From NCBI GenBank assembly GCA_038106575.1, contig JAYOED010000008.1:1-58491 (forward strand): a stretch of 58,491 nt of DNA. The letters run 5' to 3'. The position numbers and the translations under genes are program-made. Each line of letters starts with the position of its first letter. The first letter of the stretch is position 1. Positions 1-8,745 of this stretch are shown here, piece by piece. A model generated the notes under the pieces. That model had not been told where the DNA came from. It worked only from the letters and a program-made list of their open reading frames with translations, and made no database searches. Source of the DNA: Burkholderiales bacterium. Lineage in GTDB: Bacteria; Pseudomonadota; Gammaproteobacteria; Burkholderiales; SG8-41.

Positions 1-260
1 CCGATCATGTTGTCCCACCAGCCGACATTGTCGGGTTCGTCCGCATAACTGCCGGCAACGTGGTGTGATGCATTCAGTGCGTGGCAGACCAACACCGCGT
101 TGGAACGTTCCGCATTGAGCGTTCCGTAGGTCTCATAGACCAGTTCGTAGTCCCGCAGCACGGCACCGCTGCGCAGGGGCAGGGGTTCGGCAAAGCGCGC
201 GATCTGCGGGCTTACCGTTCCGACGGATGCGAACAGATTCTGCGTGGATGTGACAGCCAT
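1..260 (-). CDS. metX: Homoserine O-acyltransferase MetX, N-terminal part (gene runs off the left edge)
   Basis: Absent from the ORF track because it is open at the window edge. My translation from ATG 260-258 gives [87 protein letters not shown], a typical MetX N-terminus. Confidence 0.85.
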   Translation of the reverse strand, partial: MAVTSTQNLFASVGTVSPQIARFAEPLPLRSGAVLRDYELVYETYGTLNAERSNAVLVCHALNASHHVAGSYADEPDNVGWWDNMI

Positions 261-291
261 AAAAAAACCCCGAAAGCCTGCGCCCGGGGTT
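261..291 (-). terminator. Hairpin plus U7 ending at the metX ATG. Could be the ptsI-operon terminator, a metX leader attenuator, or both
   Basis: Minus strand reads AACCCCG-(12 nt loop)-CGGGGTT followed by TTTTTTT and then ATG. The GGGG in the 3' arm is the only SD-like element. Confidence 0.5.
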
Positions 292-370
292 ATGAGAATC
301 GATGATCTCTTTAGCCGGATTTATTACGCGCCCGCAAGCTGATTCAAATCGGCGCGAAAACACTAGATGA

Positions 371-399
371 ACCTTACCCGCCCGGAACCATTTTGTCAA
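371..399 (-). promoter_or_regulatory. Sigma70-like promoter candidate for the metX leader
   Basis: Minus strand TTGACA (399-394), 17-nt spacer, TAAGGT (376-371). Confidence 0.3.
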
Positions 400-417
400 A
401 TATGCCAACCCCGGGGG

Positions 418-2145
418 TCAGGCGTTGAGCTTGTCAAGCATGCCCTGCAGTTTGGCGGGATCAGATGTCTTGAGCATCCGCCGGGCAATGGGATAGGCAT
501 CGGCTAGATTGGTTTTGAGTATGCGTTGTTTGACTTCAAGAAGGTGGGCCGAGTGCATCGAGAAATTGCGCAGCCCCAGCGCAAGCAGCAAACGGGTCAA
601 GGCAACATCGCCGGCCATCTCACCGCACAAGGCGACAGGTACCTGAGCCTTTCCGGCGGCATTGAAAATATTCGCCAGTACCGTCAGGACTGCAGGATGC
701 AGTGGGTCGTAGAGATGGGCCACGGTGTCGTCGGTTCGGTCGATGGCCAGCAGATATTGGATCAGGTCATTGGTGCCCACCGACAGGAAATCCAGCCGGC
801 GGGTGAGCATATTCAATGCCAGCGCAGCGGCCGGAATTTCCACCATGCCGCCCACAGTAACTTCGTGATCGTAGGCGATCCCGTCATCGTCGAGGCTGCG
901 TTTGGCCTGGGCAATCAGCTGCAATGCCTGGTCAATTTCGACGGCGTTCATTAGCATGGGGATCAGTATCTTCATGCTGCCGTAGCTCGAAGCTCGCAGC
1001 ATGGCCCGCAATTGGGTGACGAAGCGCCTGGGTTCAGTCAGGCACAGCCGGATGGCGCGCAAACCCAGGGCGGGATTTGGTGCGAGCCGTACCGTGTCGT
1101 CGGTCTGCTTGTCCGCGCCAAGATCGTATGTGCGCATGGTGACCGGCAGACCATCCATTTTCTGCATGACGTGCCGGTAAGCTTCAAATTGCTCGTCTTC
1201 TCCGGGAAGGTCCGAACGGTTGAGAAACAGGAATTCGGTGCGAAACAGGCCGATGCCCATGGCGCCGCTTTCCCGGGCAAGCGCCACGTCACCCGGCAAT
1301 TCGATATTGGCGTGCAGTTCGATTTCGGCACCGTCCAGCGTACGCGCCGGGGTGTTGCGGATCCGTTTCAGCTTTTGCCGCTCCAGACCGAATTCCCTCT
1401 GCCTGAGCTGGTATTCCGCGAGCACCTGCGGATCGGGGTCGACAATGACAACGCCCTGGATCCCGTCAACGATGATGATTTCGTTTTCACTCACCATCTG
1501 CCGCGCATGGTGCAAGGCGACGATGCAGGGGATGTTCAGGCTGCGCGCGACAATGGCGGTATGCGAAGTCGAGCTGCCCAGATCCGTGATGAAGCTAGCG
1601 AACTGGTGCTGCTTGAACAATACGACATCCGCAGGCGACAGGTCGTGCGCGACCAAAACCAGGTTTTTATCCTCTGTGCCGGACGGCGGGGGCGCGTGGC
1701 CTGGTTGTCCCTGCAGCGCTTTCATGACGCGCTGCGCGACCTGAATGACGTCCGTCTTGCGTTCCCGCAGGTAAACATCTTCAATAGCGTCGAACTTGGT
1801 CAGCAACTCGTCGGTCTGGGTCTTCAACGCCCACTCGGCATTGCAGTGCTTGGCCGCGATGATTTCACGAGGTACCTCCGACAGCGTCGAGTCGTCCAGG
1901 ATCATATGGTGAAGATCGATGAACGCGGAGAAGTCCGCCGGCGCATCCGCCGGCACGGCGAGTCGCAATTGTTTGAGTTCTCCGCGAACGGTGGTTACCG
2001 CAAGGTCAAATCGTGCCGACTCCTTGGCGACTTCGGTGGCCGGAATCTCGTAATGCGCGACTTCAAGGTTGGTGTGAGAAACCAGATGGGCATGGCCAAT
2101 GGCGATGCCACCCGAAACGCCGATGCCGTGTATCGTAAAACTCAT
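418..2145 (-). CDS. ptsI: PEP-protein phosphotransferase (PTS Enzyme I)
   Basis: 575 aa. Phospho-His region GSSTSHTAIVARSL and C-terminal motif SVGTNDLIQY. No N-terminal GAF domain. Confidence 0.9.
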   Translation of the reverse strand: MSFTIHGIGVSGGIAIGHAHLVSHTNLEVAHYEIPATEVAKESARFDLAVTTVRGELKQLRLAVPADAPADFSAFIDLHHMILDDSTLSEVPREIIAAKHCNAEWALKTQTDELLTKFDAIEDVYLRERKTDVIQVAQRVMKALQGQPGHAPPPSGTEDKNLVLVAHDLSPADVVLFKQHQFASFITDLGSSTSHTAIVARSLNIPCIVALHHARQMVSENEIIIVDGIQGVVIVDPDPQVLAEYQLRQREFGLERQKLKRIRNTPARTLDGAEIELHANIELPGDVALARESGAMGIGLFRTEFLFLNRSDLPGEDEQFEAYRHVMQKMDGLPVTMRTYDLGADKQTDDTVRLAPNPALGLRAIRLCLTEPRRFVTQLRAMLRASSYGSMKILIPMLMNAVEIDQALQLIAQAKRSLDDDGIAYDHEVTVGGMVEIPAAALALNMLTRRLDFLSVGTNDLIQYLLAIDRTDDTVAHLYDPLHPAVLTVLANIFNAAGKAQVPVALCGEMAGDVALTRLLLALGLRNFSMHSAHLLEVKQRILKTNLADAYPIARRMLKTSDPAKLQGMLDKLNA

Positions 2146-2236
2146 GATGAAGAATGTTAGGACCGGAAAATGCCGTACTGCCGGTAATCTTAAACGGATT
2201 CTGCCGCAACCGGTTACGGGAGTGCCAGGGTGCTGT

Positions 2237-2506
2237 TTATTCGCTCTCGCCGAAGCGATCAGTGATCAGCTTTTGTAGTGCCTGCATGGCCCCCGATTCG
2301 TCGGGGCCGTCGGTTTCCACCAGTATTTTTGATCCCTTGGCTGCAGCAAGCATCATCACGCCCATGATGCTTTTGGCGTTGACCCTGCGGCCGTTACGGC
2401 TCAGCCACACCGCGCAGGCAAAGCTGCCGGCGACTTGTGTCAGCTTCGCAGACGCCCGGGCATGCAACCCGAGCTTGTTGATGATTTCAGCTTCCTGTTG
2501 CAGCAT
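2237..2506 (-). CDS. ptsH: Phosphocarrier protein HPr
   Basis: 89 aa. Active-site His context NKLGLHARASAKL and Ser region NAKSIMGVMML. Confidence 0.9.
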   Translation of the reverse strand: MLQQEAEIINKLGLHARASAKLTQVAGSFACAVWLSRNGRRVNAKSIMGVMMLAAAKGSKILVETDGPDESGAMQALQKLITDRFGESE

Positions 2507-2909
2507 TTTGGACCGCGACGAGTGCTGCGGGAACGCGCACCACGCCTTCGCAGCCGCCGCTGATGGCCTTTGTGATCATTACTGAAAGCGGCCTGTCACG
2601 GTAGGTCAGTGCCCTGATCAGCATCGGCAGACTGACGCCAGCGACACTTTCAACTTTCCCGGGGCTGACCAGCTTCGCGGCAATGTTAGACGGTGAGCCG
2701 CCATACATATCCGTCAGTACCAGAACGCCATCCCCTTCATCCAGTTCCTTGACCAGTTTCCGCGCCTGGGGAACCAGCAGTACCGGATCATCCTGTGCGG
2801 TGACACCGAGCTGACGAAGCCGGGACGGGCGCTTATTGAGCATGTGGCTGGCGCAATGGATGAGGCTTTCGCCGAGGGTGCCGTGGCTGATAATCAGTAT
2901 GCCGATCAT
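2487..2909 (-). CDS. PTS EIIA component, mannose/fructose family
   Basis: MIGILIISHGTLGESL N-terminus. I prefer ATG 2909 over the GTG at 2930 in the ORF track. Overlaps the ptsH start by 20 nt. Confidence 0.8.
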   Translation of the reverse strand: MIGILIISHGTLGESLIHCASHMLNKRPSRLRQLGVTAQDDPVLLVPQARKLVKELDEGDGVLVLTDMYGGSPSNIAAKLVSPGKVESVAGVSLPMLIRALTYRDRPLSVMITKAISGGCEGVVRVPAALVAVQNAATGS

Positions 2910-3000
2910 GAACTTACGTGGTCTTGTCACGAAAGGACAATACTCTACGCCCCCTTTTCTTGCGCCGCAACAAATTCAGTATTCGATGTAACATTATGTT

Positions 3001-3936
3001 TTAAATAGATCTTTCCAAAGAATCCAGGAAAATGGCGGACACATTCAGTCCCGACTGCGCGGAGATTTCCTGAAAGCAGGTCGGGCTGGTTACGTTGACC
3101 TCGGTCAGCCAGTTTCCGATGACGTCGAGTCCTACCAGCAACAGCCCTGCTGCCATCAGCTGTGGCCCCAGCGCCTCAGCAATTTGCCGGTCCCGCGAGG
3201 TCAGTTCGCGTGCTACCCCCGTGCCGCCAGCGGCGAGGTTGCCGCGGGTTTCGCCGGCCTTAGGAATACGGGCAAGGCAATTAGGTATGGGTTTGCCGCC
3301 GATGACCAGTATGCGCTTGTCACCGTCTGCAATTTCCGGGATGTAGCGCTGTGCCATGATCGTGCGCATGCCATTGCCGGTCAGGGTTTCGATGATGACA
3401 CCCAAGTTGGGGTCATCGTGGCGGACGCGGAATACTGAGGCGCCTCCCATGCCGTCCAGCGGTTTGAGGATGATGTCAACGTGCTCTTTAATGAACAGGC
3501 GCAGGCGTTCTGCAGAGCGCGCGACCAGAGTCGGCGCAGTGAACTCAGCAAAACGAGCAATGGCCATTTTTTCGTTGTAGTCACGAATGGCTTGGGGGCG
3601 GTTGAAGACCCGGGCACCTTGGCGTTCGGCGATTTCCAGAAGATAGCTGCTGTAAACGTATTCCATGTCGAAGGGCGGGTCCTTGCGCATCAGTACTGCA
3701 TCGAACTGTTCGAGCGGAGTGTCATGCGGTGGATCTAGCCTGTACCAAGGGGTCGAGCCGGTCAGATGAAGGCGGCTGGCACGACCGATGACGATCTGCT
3801 TGTGCCAGGCCAGATCGCCCTGCTGCATGACATGAAGTTCATAGCCGCGCGCAGCGGCTTCGCGCATGATGGCGTAGGTGGTGTCTTTTTCGAGCTTGAA
3901 GTCGTCGAGCGGGTCGACGATGAACGCCAGTTTCAT
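3001..3936 (-). CDS. gshB: Glutathione synthetase
   Basis: 311 aa, starting MKLAFIVDPLDDFKLEKDTTYAIMREAAARGYEL. ATP-grasp C-terminal half. 4-nt overlap with the upstream gshA stop. Confidence 0.9.
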   Translation of the reverse strand: MKLAFIVDPLDDFKLEKDTTYAIMREAAARGYELHVMQQGDLAWHKQIVIGRASRLHLTGSTPWYRLDPPHDTPLEQFDAVLMRKDPPFDMEYVYSSYLLEIAERQGARVFNRPQAIRDYNEKMAIARFAEFTAPTLVARSAERLRLFIKEHVDIILKPLDGMGGASVFRVRHDDPNLGVIIETLTGNGMRTIMAQRYIPEIADGDKRILVIGGKPIPNCLARIPKAGETRGNLAAGGTGVARELTSRDRQIAEALGPQLMAAGLLLVGLDVIGNWLTEVNVTSPTCFQEISAQSGLNVSAIFLDSLERSI

Positions 3937-5240
3937 GGGGCAGCGCGCAGCAGCACCGGCGCCTGCGTTGCGACTTCCATTCGCTCCAGTTCAAGTGCCG
4001 CAGCCACCAGCGCCAGCCGGGCGATTACGCCGTACGAGTAAAACCGGTTTGGCGGACAACCGGGGTCGTTGGGATCCGGGGATGAGCAGGGCTCGTCGAA
4101 TGCCAGGGGGACGAACTGCATGCCGGGGGCGTTGAGGTTCTGGTCTTTGCCGCGCCCGGTATGAACCCGATAGAACCCGCCGACCACGAAATGATCGATC
4201 ATGTAGACCACGGGTTCGGCCACCGCATCGCCGACGGTCTCGAAGGAATAGACGCCCTCCTGGACTATGACGTCATGCACCTCCATTCCCTCCTTGACCA
4301 CGGCCATCTTGTTGCGCTGCTTGCGGTTGAGCCCTTTGACTTCTGATGCATCCTTTACGGTCATGATGCCCATGCCGTAAGTGCCGGCGTCGGCCTTGAC
4401 GATCACGAACGGGTCCTCGGTCACGCCATATTCCGCATACTTTTTGCGGATATCGCCGAGGATTTCCGAAACATATCCCTCAAGGCATTCTTCGCCGGCG
4501 CGTTCGCGGAAATTGATCTTTCCGCATTTCTCGAAAAACGGGTTGATCAGCCACGGATCGATCCCGATCAATTCCGAAAATTCGCGGGCTACGGCATCGA
4601 AAGCGGAAAAATGCTGTGATTTTCGCCGGGTTGACCAGCCGGCATGGATCGGGGGCAGCACAGTCTGCTCAAGGTTCTGCAATATCGCCGGAACCCCGCC
4701 TGACAGATCATTGTTCAGCAGCACGACAAAGGGATTAAATTCCCCGATTTGCAGCCGCTTGCCGATACGCTGAAGCGGCTCCAGGCGCAAAGTGCCGCCG
4801 TTAGGCAACTCGAGATCGGTGAGCGAAGTGATTTCCGGCTGCAGGCTGCCGACGCGCACTTCCACGCCGGCATGTCTCAGTATGGTTGCCAGTTTCTCGA
4901 CGTTCTGGAGGTAAAACTGGTTGCGGGTGTGATTTTCCGGGACCAACACGACCGCCCGCGCGTCCGGGCAGGCTTTTTCGATCGCTGACATCGCTGCCTG
5001 CACGCACAGCGTATGGAATTCCGGGTTGAGGTTGTTGAAGCCTCCGGGAAACAGGTTGGTGTCGACCGGCGCCAGCTTGAAGCCCGCGTTGCGTAAATCT
5101 ACCGAGGCGTAGAACGGTGCGGCATGAGTTTGCCAGCGGCTGCGCAGCCAATGCTCGATTTCAGTGGTGGCCTTGAGGATATGGTTTTCCAGATCCTGCA
5201 GCGGACCGGTGAGCGCAGTGGTGAGTCTGGGTACGGTCAT
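3933..5240 (-). CDS. gshA: Glutamate--cysteine ligase (short beta-proteobacterial / Acidithiobacillus-type family)
   Basis: About 435 aa, coupled directly to gshB. Start placed at ATG 5240 (MTVPRLTTAL) rather than 5294. Family assignment is from memory. Confidence 0.75.
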   Translation of the reverse strand: MTVPRLTTALTGPLQDLENHILKATTEIEHWLRSRWQTHAAPFYASVDLRNAGFKLAPVDTNLFPGGFNNLNPEFHTLCVQAAMSAIEKACPDARAVVLVPENHTRNQFYLQNVEKLATILRHAGVEVRVGSLQPEITSLTDLELPNGGTLRLEPLQRIGKRLQIGEFNPFVVLLNNDLSGGVPAILQNLEQTVLPPIHAGWSTRRKSQHFSAFDAVAREFSELIGIDPWLINPFFEKCGKINFRERAGEECLEGYVSEILGDIRKKYAEYGVTEDPFVIVKADAGTYGMGIMTVKDASEVKGLNRKQRNKMAVVKEGMEVHDVIVQEGVYSFETVGDAVAEPVVYMIDHFVVGGFYRVHTGRGKDQNLNAPGMQFVPLAFDEPCSSPDPNDPGCPPNRFYSYGVIARLALVAAALELERMEVATQAPVLLRAAP

Positions 5241-5292
5241 GATACGGGATTGTAGCTGATCCTGGAAATGGCCCTTCCGGCCGCGGTTTCCC

Positions 5293-5322
5293 AAAAAAAA
5301 ACGGGCGCCCGCAGGCGCCCGT
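5293..5322 (-). terminator. Rho-independent terminator after amtB
   Basis: Minus strand ACGGGCGCC-TGCG-GGCGCCCGT (perfect 9-bp GC stem) followed by T9, about 20 nt after the amtB stop. Confidence 0.85.
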
Positions 5323-5342
5323 GGGGAAAATGTTGAACGGTT

Positions 5343-6710
5343 CTAGTTGTAAGCTGACTCCCCGTGCTCCGTGGTGTCGAGACCCTCGGTTTCCGATTCC
5401 TCGGACACCCTGAGGCCAACGATCATGTCCACGATTTTCAGGATCACGTAGCTCAATACACCCGTGTAGACCAGGGTGAATCCGACGCTGATGATCTGGG
5501 TTATCAACTGGGCGCCTATGGTTTCGTTACCGCTGCCGAAACCGGTGCCACCCAGCGATGGGGACGCCAGGATGCCGATGCCGATGGCGCCGACAATACC
5601 GGCAATGCCATGTACGCCGAATACATCAAGGGAGTCATCGTAACCCAGCATTTTCTTCAGGCTGATAACTGCCCACAGCGAGATGATGCCTGCCGCGATG
5701 CCGAGCATGATCGAGCCCATCGGTCCTGCGTTGCCGCAGGCCGGGGTGATGGCAACCAGGCCGGCGACGGCACCGGTTGCAATGCCCAGCAGGCTAGGTT
5801 TGCCCTTTACCATCCACTCAGTGAACATCCAGGCAACAGCTGCCGCAGCGGTGGCGAGCGTGGTGTTGATCATTGCCAGGGCGGCCCCGCCATTGGCAGC
5901 GACCGCGCTTCCGGCATTGAAGCCGTACCAGCCCACCCACAGCATTGAGGCACCTATCATCGTTAGCGCGAGATTGTGCGGCGGCATTGCCACAGTGCCG
6001 TAACCTTTGCGCTTGCCGAGGACGATCGCTGCAATAAGTCCCGCGATACCGGCGTTGATATGAACCACAGTGCCGCCGGCAAAGTCGATTGCGCCCATGC
6101 CTGCAATCCAGCCGCCGCCCCAGACCATGTGCGCCATCGGCACATAACACACCGTCAGCCACAGGACCATGAACAGCAGCACCGCCGAGAACTTCATACG
6201 TTCGGCGTAGGCGCCGACGATCAGAGCCGGCGTGATTGCCGCAAAGGTCAGCTGGAAGTTGACGAACACCAGTTCAGGTATGGTCCCCTGCAGTGAGTTG
6301 GGTGTGATGCCGGCAAGGAATATCTTGTCGAATGCACCGATCACCTTACCGCTGCCGGTAAAGGCCATGCTGTATCCGTAAACCGCCCAAAGTATGGCAA
6401 TAACGCTGAATACGGCGAATACCTGCATGAGAACTGATAGCACGTTCTTGGTCCGTACCATGCCCCCGTAAAACAGGGCGAGGCCAGGCAATACCATCAA
6501 TGTAACCAGAATTGTGGAAACCATCATCCACGACGTATCACCAGTGTCCAGCTTGGGTGCGGGTGCCGCTGCTGGCGCCGCAGCGGCAGGCGCTGCTGCA
6601 GCCGGTGCAGTGGCGGCGGGCGCTTCAGAGGGTTTGTCCTGCGCGATGGCCAGTGAGCCAGCGATACTCAGTACGCCGAACAAAGCCAGAACCGCAAAAA
6701 GTCTTTTCAT
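5343..6710 (-). CDS. amtB: Ammonium transporter AmtB
   Basis: Multi-TM Amt family (FAGGTVVHINAGIAGL, DVFGVHGIAGIVG). ATG 6710 (MKRLF) has GGAGA 6 nt upstream. The ORF-track start at 6722 is a TTG inside the RBS. Confidence 0.92.
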   Translation of the reverse strand: MKRLFAVLALFGVLSIAGSLAIAQDKPSEAPAATAPAAAAPAAAAPAAAPAPKLDTGDTSWMMVSTILVTLMVLPGLALFYGGMVRTKNVLSVLMQVFAVFSVIAILWAVYGYSMAFTGSGKVIGAFDKIFLAGITPNSLQGTIPELVFVNFQLTFAAITPALIVGAYAERMKFSAVLLFMVLWLTVCYVPMAHMVWGGGWIAGMGAIDFAGGTVVHINAGIAGLIAAIVLGKRKGYGTVAMPPHNLALTMIGASMLWVGWYGFNAGSAVAANGGAALAMINTTLATAAAAVAWMFTEWMVKGKPSLLGIATGAVAGLVAITPACGNAGPMGSIMLGIAAGIISLWAVISLKKMLGYDDSLDVFGVHGIAGIVGAIGIGILASPSLGGTGFGSGNETIGAQLITQIISVGFTLVYTGVLSYVILKIVDMIVGLRVSEESETEGLDTTEHGESAYN

Positions 6711-6722
6711 GTCATTCTCCAA

Positions 6723-7076
<354 letters not shown>

Positions 7077-7081
7077 TTAGG

Positions 7082-7103
7082 GGGGGCGGCTTTCACCGCC
7101 CCC
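7082..7103 (-). other. GC-rich stem-loop between the porin gene and glnK
   Basis: GGGGGCGG-loop-CCGCCCCC (8 bp). No U-run follows it. The glnK RBS (AAGGAAA) lies just downstream on the minus strand. Confidence 0.6.
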
Positions 7104-7118
7104 GGCGTGGATCTCAGA

Positions 7119-7940
7119 TCAGAAAGTTTTGGCGACGAAAACCGTGAAGGTGTCCTTGCCTAAAAGGCGTGCGCCTGCATTGCTGGCGTTGGTGTAGAAA
7201 GATTTTTGCGCAGCGGTCATGTCTGTGCCGGTAAAGTAGGCGCCGACAGTGAAGTCTTTCGGCAACGCGTATGTGCCCCCGAGTTTCCAGTCTTTGTAGG
7301 ACGCACAACGGTCATTCGGGGTGTTTGCGCCGCAGGCCGCGCTGGTGCCCTTGAATTCTTGGATACCGTAGTGGGCAAGAATGTTGAACTTGTCGGTGAC
7401 GGGGAAGGTCGCAGACAGGTCAACATAGTACGTGCCGTCGCTGTTGTTCACGCCGAAGGTCTTTTTGTTGATGCTGTGCGAGTATTTGGCCGACAGCCAT
7501 TTCCAGGTCAGCGCGGCATAGACTTCTAGCGTATCTGCTTTGTAAGTGCCGGCATTGACAGCGGTGTTATGGGTGCCGGGGTAGTAGTACTGAAGAATCC
7601 CAACGTCATAGCCGAAGTCGCTTTTGCCGATAGAACCCTTGTAGCCGCCGTAGAAATCCATTTCCAGACTGCTGCTGGTATAGCCGGTGGAGGCCGGAGT
7701 GTCGGTCAGCCAGCTTACATTCGACATCCAGGTGCCGGCATAAAAGCCGCTGGAGTGGCTGTAGTCGAATCCACCTTGCAGCGCCGGATCTTTATTAGTT
7801 TGCGTTAGGCCTCGGAAAATGTATTGACTGTAAATGCCCATATTTCCTGAAAGCGAGTGGGGCGAGTCGGCGGCGGTGGCCAGAGTAGTCGTGAGTGCTG
7901 CGGCAGCAATGAGACCGGCGATCATGGTCTTCTTAAACAT
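7119..7940 (-). CDS. Putative outer-membrane porin, TorF/TIGR02001-like
   Basis: 273 aa. Signal peptide MFKKTMIAGLIAAAALTTTLATA, beta-barrel-like Gly/Tyr-rich pattern and a C-terminal Phe. This family is often found upstream of glnK-amtB (from memory). Confidence 0.7.
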   Translation of the reverse strand: MFKKTMIAGLIAAAALTTTLATAADSPHSLSGNMGIYSQYIFRGLTQTNKDPALQGGFDYSHSSGFYAGTWMSNVSWLTDTPASTGYTSSSLEMDFYGGYKGSIGKSDFGYDVGILQYYYPGTHNTAVNAGTYKADTLEVYAALTWKWLSAKYSHSINKKTFGVNNSDGTYYVDLSATFPVTDKFNILAHYGIQEFKGTSAACGANTPNDRCASYKDWKLGGTYALPKDFTVGAYFTGTDMTAAQKSFYTNASNAGARLLGKDTFTVFVAKTF

Positions 7941-7991
7941 GTTGGTTCCCTTTTGTAGTTAGCACATGTGCGAAAAACGCAACGATTGATA

Positions 7992-8007
7992 AGCAGGTAA
8001 CGTGCCA
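7992..8007 (-). promoter_or_regulatory. Sigma54 (-24/-12) promoter for porin-glnK-amtB
   Basis: Minus strand TGGCACGTTACCTGCT fits TGGCAC-N5-TTGC spacing, with GG and GC in register. About 50 nt upstream of the porin ATG. Confidence 0.8.
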
Positions 8008-8070
8008 GTTAAAAAAATCATTTATAAACAGATATTTATTATTTTATCCGATGCTCAAGGAAAAACGCAG

Positions 8071-8087
8071 CGCACCACAATGGTGCG
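8071..8087. promoter_or_regulatory. NtrC-type enhancer dyad
   Basis: cGCACCAcaaTGGTGCg matches TGCACCA-N3-TGGTGCA. About 80-95 nt upstream of the sigma54 promoter. Confidence 0.7.
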
Positions 8088-8098
8088 TTATGATATGT

Positions 8099-8121
8099 GA
8101 GCGCCCCGTATCGGGGCGCTC
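8099..8121. repeat. Perfect 9-bp GC-rich inverted repeat
   Basis: GAGCGCCCC-gtatc-GGGGCGCTC in the divergent intergenic region. No flanking U-run on either strand. Confidence 0.6.
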
Positions 8122-8206
8122 AGGTTCCAGTAGCTTTGAGGGGCGGCTGGAGGGACGGGGCCGATCGAGTTGTTAAACTGGAGGGCCGGACAAGGAGTCT
8201 GTCTGC

Positions 8207-8443
8207 ATGGATCAGAAACTGCTCGATGAAATTAACGAACGGCTGCGCTCGGTGCTGGCCCAAAGCCCTGCAGCCGACCTTGAGAAAAATCTCCGCGCCA
8301 TGCTGGCTGCCTTGCTCGGCCGGCTCGATCTGGTGACCCGGGAGGAATTCGATATCCAGCGCGAGGTTATGGCCCGTTCACGGGCAAGGCTGGAAGAACT
8401 CGAGAAGAAGGTGGCTGAGCTCGAGGCTGCCAGTACGCCCTGA
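8207..8443 (+). CDS. ubiK: UbiK/YqiC-family accessory factor (coiled-coil)
   Basis: 78 aa: MDQKLLDEINERLRSVLAQSPAADLEKNLRAML...LVTREEFDIQREVMARSRARLEELEKKVAELE. Confidence 0.8.
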   Translation: MDQKLLDEINERLRSVLAQSPAADLEKNLRAMLAALLGRLDLVTREEFDIQREVMARSRARLEELEKKVAELEAASTP

Positions 8444-8576
8444 AGCAGCGCTATTCACTGCCCGCGGTCAGCCGCCAGGGATTCGCAAGCGTTGAGTGTT
8501 TTCCAGTCAACTCCGGAATGTTTGATCCCGCGTGTCCCTGGCCGTACTCTTTAGATGCACCCTCTCGGGCATGGAC

Positions 8577-8722
8577 TGACCTGCTCCCAAGAATTAGCTA
8601 CAGGTCGATGAAGAGTCCGGGGTTAAATTACCTGATTTTCGTTGTGCAGCAAACTCGGCGGGGGTGAGATAGCCGAGCGCACTGTGCGGCCGAAGGTGGT
8701 TGTCATCCTTGCGCCAGAGGCG
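8577..8722 (-). mobile_element. Remnant of an IS3-family (IS407-like) element: terminal inverted repeat plus the 3' end of the transposase
   Basis: Minus-strand translation LWRKDDNHLRPHSALGYLTPAEFAAQRKSGN is the C-terminus of a DDE integrase-core transposase. The outer end TGACCTGCTCCC at 8577 resembles IS407-group IRs. Everything upstream of about 8722 is missing. Confidence 0.75.
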
Positions 8723-8745
8723 CTTTTTCTTATGTTGACCCGATT

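Noticed and set aside
133-408. 91-aa minus-strand ORF spanning the metX leader
   Set aside because: It overlaps the metX N-terminus out of frame and has no recognisable features. The region is better explained as a leader plus hairpin.
1012-2160. 382-aa ORF on the plus strand, plus many similar long ORFs (e.g. 11381-12187, 21314-22045, 31530-32483, 45711-46637, 54394-55083)
   Set aside because: They lie antisense to, or out of frame within, genes with clear family motifs. Their composition is Arg/Gly/Ala-rich, typical of shadow ORFs in GC-rich DNA. No recognisable motifs.
2185-2215. Near-palindrome CCGCAACCGGTTACGG between ptsH and ptsI, with a nearby TGGCAC
   Set aside because: The stem would leave only a 4-nt loop and there is no U-run. 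The TGGCAC-to-TTGC spacing (12 nt) is wrong for sigma54.
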